A stretch of DNA of 64,000 nucleotides, taken from contig JAQGDQ010001024.1 in NCBI GenBank assembly GCA_030141605.1, positions 1-64,000 of the forward strand, given 5' to 3'. This DNA is from Tubiluchus corallicola (Eukaryota; Animalia; Priapulida). The stretch's first letter is position 1, and every line of letters begins with the position of its first letter. The notes under the pieces are model-generated. The model was not told the DNA's origin, searched no databases, and was given only the letters and a program-made list of their open reading frames with translations. The translations under genes and the position numbers were made by a program. Of this stretch, positions 26,242 to 64,000 are shown piece by piece.

Positions 26242-27748
26242 CCGCCCCTCATTAAATGAGCAATTTACGAACATTTAATCAATTTGGTAAACATTTTCAT
26301 CAATACGTTCAAGTAAAGCAATTTTGTGAATTGGTCTACGCAAGACAGAGTCACCCATCCGAACCTCTACGGATCTAACTAAGCCATCCTTGCCAGGAAA
26401 TACATTGTCTATTCGTGCCAGTTTCCAATGTCCTCTTGGTAAATTCTGGTCTGCAACAATAACAATATCTCCAATCTTCAAATTTTGAGACCTATGGTGC
26501 CATTTCTGACGGCTTTGAAGCAATGGCAAGTATTCGGATACCCATCGCTTCCAGAAGATGTCCGACAAATATTGAACTTGCCTCCAACGTTTTTTGTACA
26601 AATCAGTCTCAGAAAATTTACCAAAGGGCAATGTTGGACCACCTCTTAGAAGAAGAATGTGATTGGGTGTAAGAGGCTGTAGGTCTCGTGGATCATCAGA
26701 CACAATACTAAGCGGTCGACCATTTATGATGGCTTCTACTTGACAAAACAGAGTTATAAGACTGTCGTCATCTACTGTTTGCAGATTTGCAATGGAAGAC
26801 ATCACTTTGCGTACTGAACGTATCATACGTTCCCATACTCCTCCTTGATGTGAAGCTGAGGGTGTGTTGAATTTCCATTGGATATTCTGCTGACGTAAGG
26901 CAGTATCGATTTGCTCTTGATTCCAATTCTGAATTGCTTTCTTTAGCTCTTCATTAGCACCAACGAAGTTTGTGCCACAGTCTGATCTGATGAGCTCGGG
27001 AACTCCTCTTCTGCTGATGAAACGAAATAGTCCGTTCAAAAAACTGTCAGTTTCCAAGGAAAACAAAAGTTCTAGGTGAATGGCTCTTGTTGCCAGACAT
27101 GTGAACAGACAGCCGTAACGTTTCACTAGTGCACGGCCCCGTTTGGCAAGAAAGGGCCCGAAGCAGTCAACTCCTACTCGCAAAAATGGAGGGTTTCCAG
27201 ACTCAAGCCTGTCATTGGGAAGGTCCGCCATCTTTTGACATTCTAGGCGAGCATCACGACGCTTACAAATTGTACAGCTGGATAATAAACGCCTTACCAT
27301 TGGCCTTGCCTTTATAATCCAGAATTTATCGCGAAGCTTTGCCATCACATGCTCTCTGCCTGAATGGCCAGTCCTTTCATGCATTTCTCTGATGATCAGA
27401 GAAACAACATGTTCATCTCTGGGAATTATAGGCTGGTGCTTGTGCTTGATTCTACCTCCTATACAAATTAGACCATTAGATGTTAGTATTGGATCAAGCT
27501 TGAAAAGGCAGCTAGACTGCAAAATCCTTTTAGCTGATCTTTGCTTGTTATCAGTTCTTGTAACATCCATGCTCAGATGTGTCAATGCAGCCTTTTCCTT
27601 CTGAAAATTAACATCTTGGAGATACATTATGATAGATTCCTCTGCTTCATCCAGCTCTTGAACTGTAAGCCTGCCAGTGTGAACCATCATATTTGGAGAT
27701 TTTCTGACCCTTTGAAGTAGAATGCACTTCAATCTAAGGAGCCATGCA
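26242..27748 (-). mobile_element. Second, 5'-truncated BEL internal segment (integrase plus PPT) sharing the middle LTR
   Basis: Near-identical copy of 19236-20742 (offset 7006); ORF 26275-27732. Confidence 0.92.
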
Positions 27749-28420
27749 CGAAGGTAAATGTGTTGCGGGCAATCAAAAAGCAGGGCTTGTTAGATTGTCC
27801 CACACAGTGATAGAACAAAAAAAAAGTAATGGAGATAATCTGAAAATTTAAAGTGAATCGTGATAAAAAAACATTAGTGCTATCAAATAAACAATAATAA
27901 ATGGTACGAAACATCATTACAGATCTAACATACATTATTTTATGTCACTTCCCGTAGCCTTGTAGAGACTATATTTCAACAGCTGAAAACAAGGTATTTC
28001 TCTACCTTACTATACGATAAATCTTCATTTTACTATAATACAATTTAACAGTTTAACAATTTTATTATTCGAGCAATACGACAATTTGATATTATTATTA
28101 TTGTTATTATTAGTTTATTTCGTATAAACTATACAGTTTACAAAGATAAAGATGTTAGTAAAACAGGTAATGCGATATTAGTAAAGTAACATATCTACAG
28201 ACATTCAACTTTATAATAACCACACATTGTAGTTCCCTTGTAATTATATTACATTATACAGTGTTGCAAGAAGCTATAATAGATATCTTAAAACATAATC
28301 TTTAAATGAGTTCTTAACCTTCAATTTTACATTTTCGTTTAGATCTACAGTACAACAATATTTAAATCTTAAATTTACTTGACTGTTATTTACATAGTAG
28401 CATAGCTTTGGAATTCTCAA
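27747..28420. repeat. Segmental duplicate of host flank 17907-18580
   Basis: Direct repeat at offset 9840 with only a handful of substitutions. Confidence 0.92.
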
Positions 28421-29075
28421 TGAAATGGATGCAAAACCAAAAGTTTGTGTTCCTCCAAAAAGTTTCTTTATTCTGTAATAAATACAATGATTTGAAAGAG
28501 CAAATTTTAACAGGAGAAAATGAAACGAGCATTTGAGCAATCAGGTTAGATACAACACAATATGAGATCTACAAGATACCATAAAGGTATTACAGGAACA
28601 CGCCGCAACAGCTATTGCTCACAAAAACTACATGGATCAAGTTTTAGCTGCAACATCAAATAAATACTTCACAAGTATTGAAATACAAGCTGAAAAACAA
28701 AACTGCCACTGCAATGAAATTAATTAATAATGACTTACGTTGTTAGAGCCTTTAGCAATTACACAGACGGAATGAGAACTCCAAGGAATCAACAACAACG
28801 TTGTCACTACAATAAACTCGTAAGAGAGTTACAGACATAATGTTCAGACACAACGCAAGAGCAATGCCCGAGAGAATCAAAAGCCGGGTAAAATGTCAGA
28901 CAACTACTATAGCTAGAGCGAAAGATCAAAAAGCGAATATATTCAAGGATATTAGGTGCTTCAATTTTAAAAGAGTGACTACAGTAAAAGGCAAAAGTCT
29001 ACTAAATAAACAAACAGGTGGCAGCACCGTGGCAGTAACTAAATAAAGACCAAAAGGGCCTATGCACCCGCTACA
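28421..29075 (-). mobile_element. Solo LTR of the same BEL element with 5-bp TSD CTCAA
   Basis: 655-bp LTR flanked by CTCAA at 28416-28420 and 29076-29080; the same CTCAA precedes the first LTR at 18576-18580. Confidence 0.92.
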
Positions 29076-29776
29076 CTCAATGTGCAAGAGTTTACAATTT
29101 TTCTCACAAAGTTTAATTTTCGACTATCTATTAAATAATTCACAGGCATTGCGCCACAAAAATACATTAACAATTTGACGCTTTCATTTTGTCTAAAACC
29201 GAATATTTTTCTATAAGCAGTGTTCCATTTACAGGTGATCTCAAAGCTTGTGAAAGAACTAAGACAACAGTTGAATAATGCATTTCATGATGAAATGTTG
29301 TGTAAAATCAAATAAACTTTTCTTACATTCAGTTTTTATTATTGCTTCTTTCGTTGTAAAAACATTGTAATAACATTGATCTCGTTTCACTTCAAATCAT
29401 GTACTTTGTTCCACTGTGCATTCGAGTTTCCACATGCCAATGTCTTCATAGACAATAAATCTGTACCATTTTACAGAACAGCACCATTATATTCACATCA
29501 TAACCCCACACTGGTCACTGAATACTAAATATATTCATGATCAGCCTGTGAATGGGGTGTAAGACACTGGCTGCTTTTGGAGTACAATGCTCCCTATTCC
29601 TGCTGTGTTTGCACTGCAGTAAATCAATAAAGCACTTTCACTACAAATCTGTGTGCAAGTATACACAAAGCTTAAGCACAGACGGGGTTGCTACAAGTAA
29701 AATGATTAGGTTGGTTGTATAGTGGTAGTACGTGTGTGAGCGATGTGTGTAGCTGTTTATGAACGTTGAGTAATGG

Positions 29777-29863
29777 CAGGGCCGGAACTAGATGTGGCAA
29801 ACAGGGGGGGCGCAAATTTGGACAAGGGGGCGCCCCGCTCGCTCCCCCCTAGTTCCGCCCCTG
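29777..29863. mobile_element. 87-bp minimal family C element
   Basis: Perfect 8-bp TSD AGTAATGG. Confidence 0.85.
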
Positions 29864-29949
29864 AGTAATGGCAAAGCTATAAGACTTGGATTAGGAAATA
29901 ACACTTTTATTAAGTAACATTACAATATAATAAATGTATAGCAATGCCA

Positions 29950-30125
29950 AAAGCCCCTGATCTACGAGAGACGTCCGACGTCCTGTTCATGAGTGAGGAG
30001 TCTAACTCAAGCCCTGCGGCGAGTTGGTGTCACGGCATCCCTGTCAGCTGCGTGCGCAGTCTGACAAATGGGTCAGTTCGTCGTCACGTGACACCGCGCC
30101 TTAAATTTCCTTATTTGGCTTGGCT
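29950..30125 (-). promoter_or_regulatory. Candidate promoter of the SLC7 gene
   Basis: Local CpG-rich island in AT-rich DNA with GTCACGTGAC (30083-30092) and GCGTGCGCA; upstream of SLC7 and downstream of the CCDC146 polyA. Confidence 0.4.
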
Positions 30126-30384
30126 TCATGAATACTCTTCTTGGCATAATTATTTGACATTTAACATATTTTAACAGGTTCTCTTTACTCTACAAGCTTA
30201 GCTTGAACTTCACAGTAGTTTTTGCTTCTAGTATAACTGAAGTATAACCAGTTATCTCATAACAATATTCTAACAACATTGTTTCTGTTATCATTTCAAT
30301 AAAATATATTACTTCTATTTTAGTTTATTTCCTGTTTATTTTACTATAGCTGCAAGAATGGTTCCGGTGTGTACTTTAAGATGA

Positions 30385-30439
30385 AAGTCAAGCAACATCT
30401 TGCATGGTTAGTAACTGGATGGATGACCACCTGAAAAAC
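30385..30439 (+). mobile_element. 5S rRNA-derived fragment (SINE3-like or 5S pseudogene); related copies at 876-923 and 50479-50527
   Basis: AAGTCAAGCA..TGGTTAGTAACTGGATGGATGACCACCTG parallels the 5S internal control region AAGCTAAGCA..TGGTTAGTACTTGGATGGGAGACCGCCTG. Confidence 0.6.
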
Positions 30440-30634
30440 TGCTTGTGAGTGATTTCACATGCAATACTGCCTCTTAATGGTTTTTCTGTTCGAGTGAGAA
30501 TACACATATCTGAACTTTGATATTATGTCTCTAGAAGTTCTCTATTTCATCATTTATTCGTTTATTTGCACACCTAAACACTCACTCAATCATACATTCA
30601 AATGTCCATTCATGCATACATACTCAATATTTAA

Positions 30635-31081
30635 CCCTTTCAGTCCCAAATTCTTTTTTTAATAAGAACAATTTTTTTGGCTTGGTACTTTTGTTCAGTA
30701 TATCCATCTTGTTTGCACTTAAAAATTATTTTTTTCTACCTGTGCCCGTGTGCTAAATATAGCCTGTATCCCACGGGATACATTGGGATTCAATGGTTGC
30801 TAAACATGATAAAAAGCAAATGCTGATAATTTTTTAAAGTATTTAAGACATTTAGTATGCATGCTATGCTGATCTGTACAAAGTCGTCTCTAAAGTACTG
30901 TACCTTGCACAGGTTTTTATGCTATGTAGATTTTCTAGTTTGCCATTTTATCACCATTTTTAGTCTATTGTTATTGGGTTAAATCAAAATAACTATTAAC
31001 AGATCAAATAACTGTCATTTTATTAGTTTTAAAGGCAGAAAATATTCTCGTATCCAACGGGATACAACGCGTATGAAAGGG
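30635..31081. mobile_element. piggyBac-type MITE family B
   Basis: TTAA|CCCTTTCA...TGAAAGGG|TTAA; internal palindrome TGTATCCCNNGGGATACA. Confidence 0.88.
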
Positions 31082-31397
31082 TTAAATTAAAAGTTGAATC
31101 ACTTGCCAACTCATTCTTTCATACATACAATCAAGGTAAGAAGAGAGAGAACATACGTAAGAGAACAAACACAGTTGCTAAGAAAACCCGTAAATTTATG
31201 AAATGTAAATATTTAGGAATATTTATTCAGATAAATACACGAGTTATTGAATCAAAATTGTTTCACAAATAAATATAGCACTTTAAACAATCAATAATAA
31301 ATGAACGACGAATAAATAAACCATTAAATAATAAATAATCAAGAGATAAAAATGATACAAAATTAAGAAGTATTGTGAGAAAGTACAAGAATTGTTT

Positions 31398-63776
<32,379 letters not shown>

Positions 63777-63892
63777 CTACAAATAATAATTTGTAAACAC
63801 ATCTCAGTTTGTAAACACATCTCAGAACAAAATCAAGATCATAATGGTCATTTAAATTTTAGACTTGCCAGCATCTTAATTATTTCATTTAA

Positions 63893-64000
63893 CCCTTTCA
63901 GTCCGAAATTAGTTTTTTAATAAGAAAAATTTTTTTGGCTTGGCACTTTTAATCAGTATGTCCATCTTGTTTACACATAATTTTTTTCTACCTGTGCCCG
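63893..64000. mobile_element. piggyBac-type MITE family B, runs off the window
   Basis: TTAA|CCCTTTCAGTCC start. Confidence 0.8.

Overview
AT-rich invertebrate (metazoan) genomic DNA carrying two intron-rich genes on the minus strand. The first is a complete SLC7 heterodimeric amino-acid transporter light chain (SLC7A9/b0,+AT-like, 9 coding exons, 4248-17603, about 486 aa). The second is the 3' 15 exons of CCDC146 (31398-63776; its 5' end lies beyond the window). Between them is a young BEL/Pao LTR retrotransposon in an unusual LTR-int-LTR-partial int / duplicated flank / solo-LTR arrangement (17907-29080). Introns are full of MITEs (hAT, piggyBac, pogo-like), LINE ends, SINEs, solo LTRs and microsatellites, and one CCDC146 intron holds a broken antisense EFHD/swiprosin copy. 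The most notable signal is that many exons have a private tandem array beside them, and at least two arrays are built from the gene's own splice-site or exon sequence: about 55-65 copies of a CCDC146 5' splice site, and a ~143-bp satellite derived from an SLC7 coding exon. All calls come from reading by eye; no searches were run.
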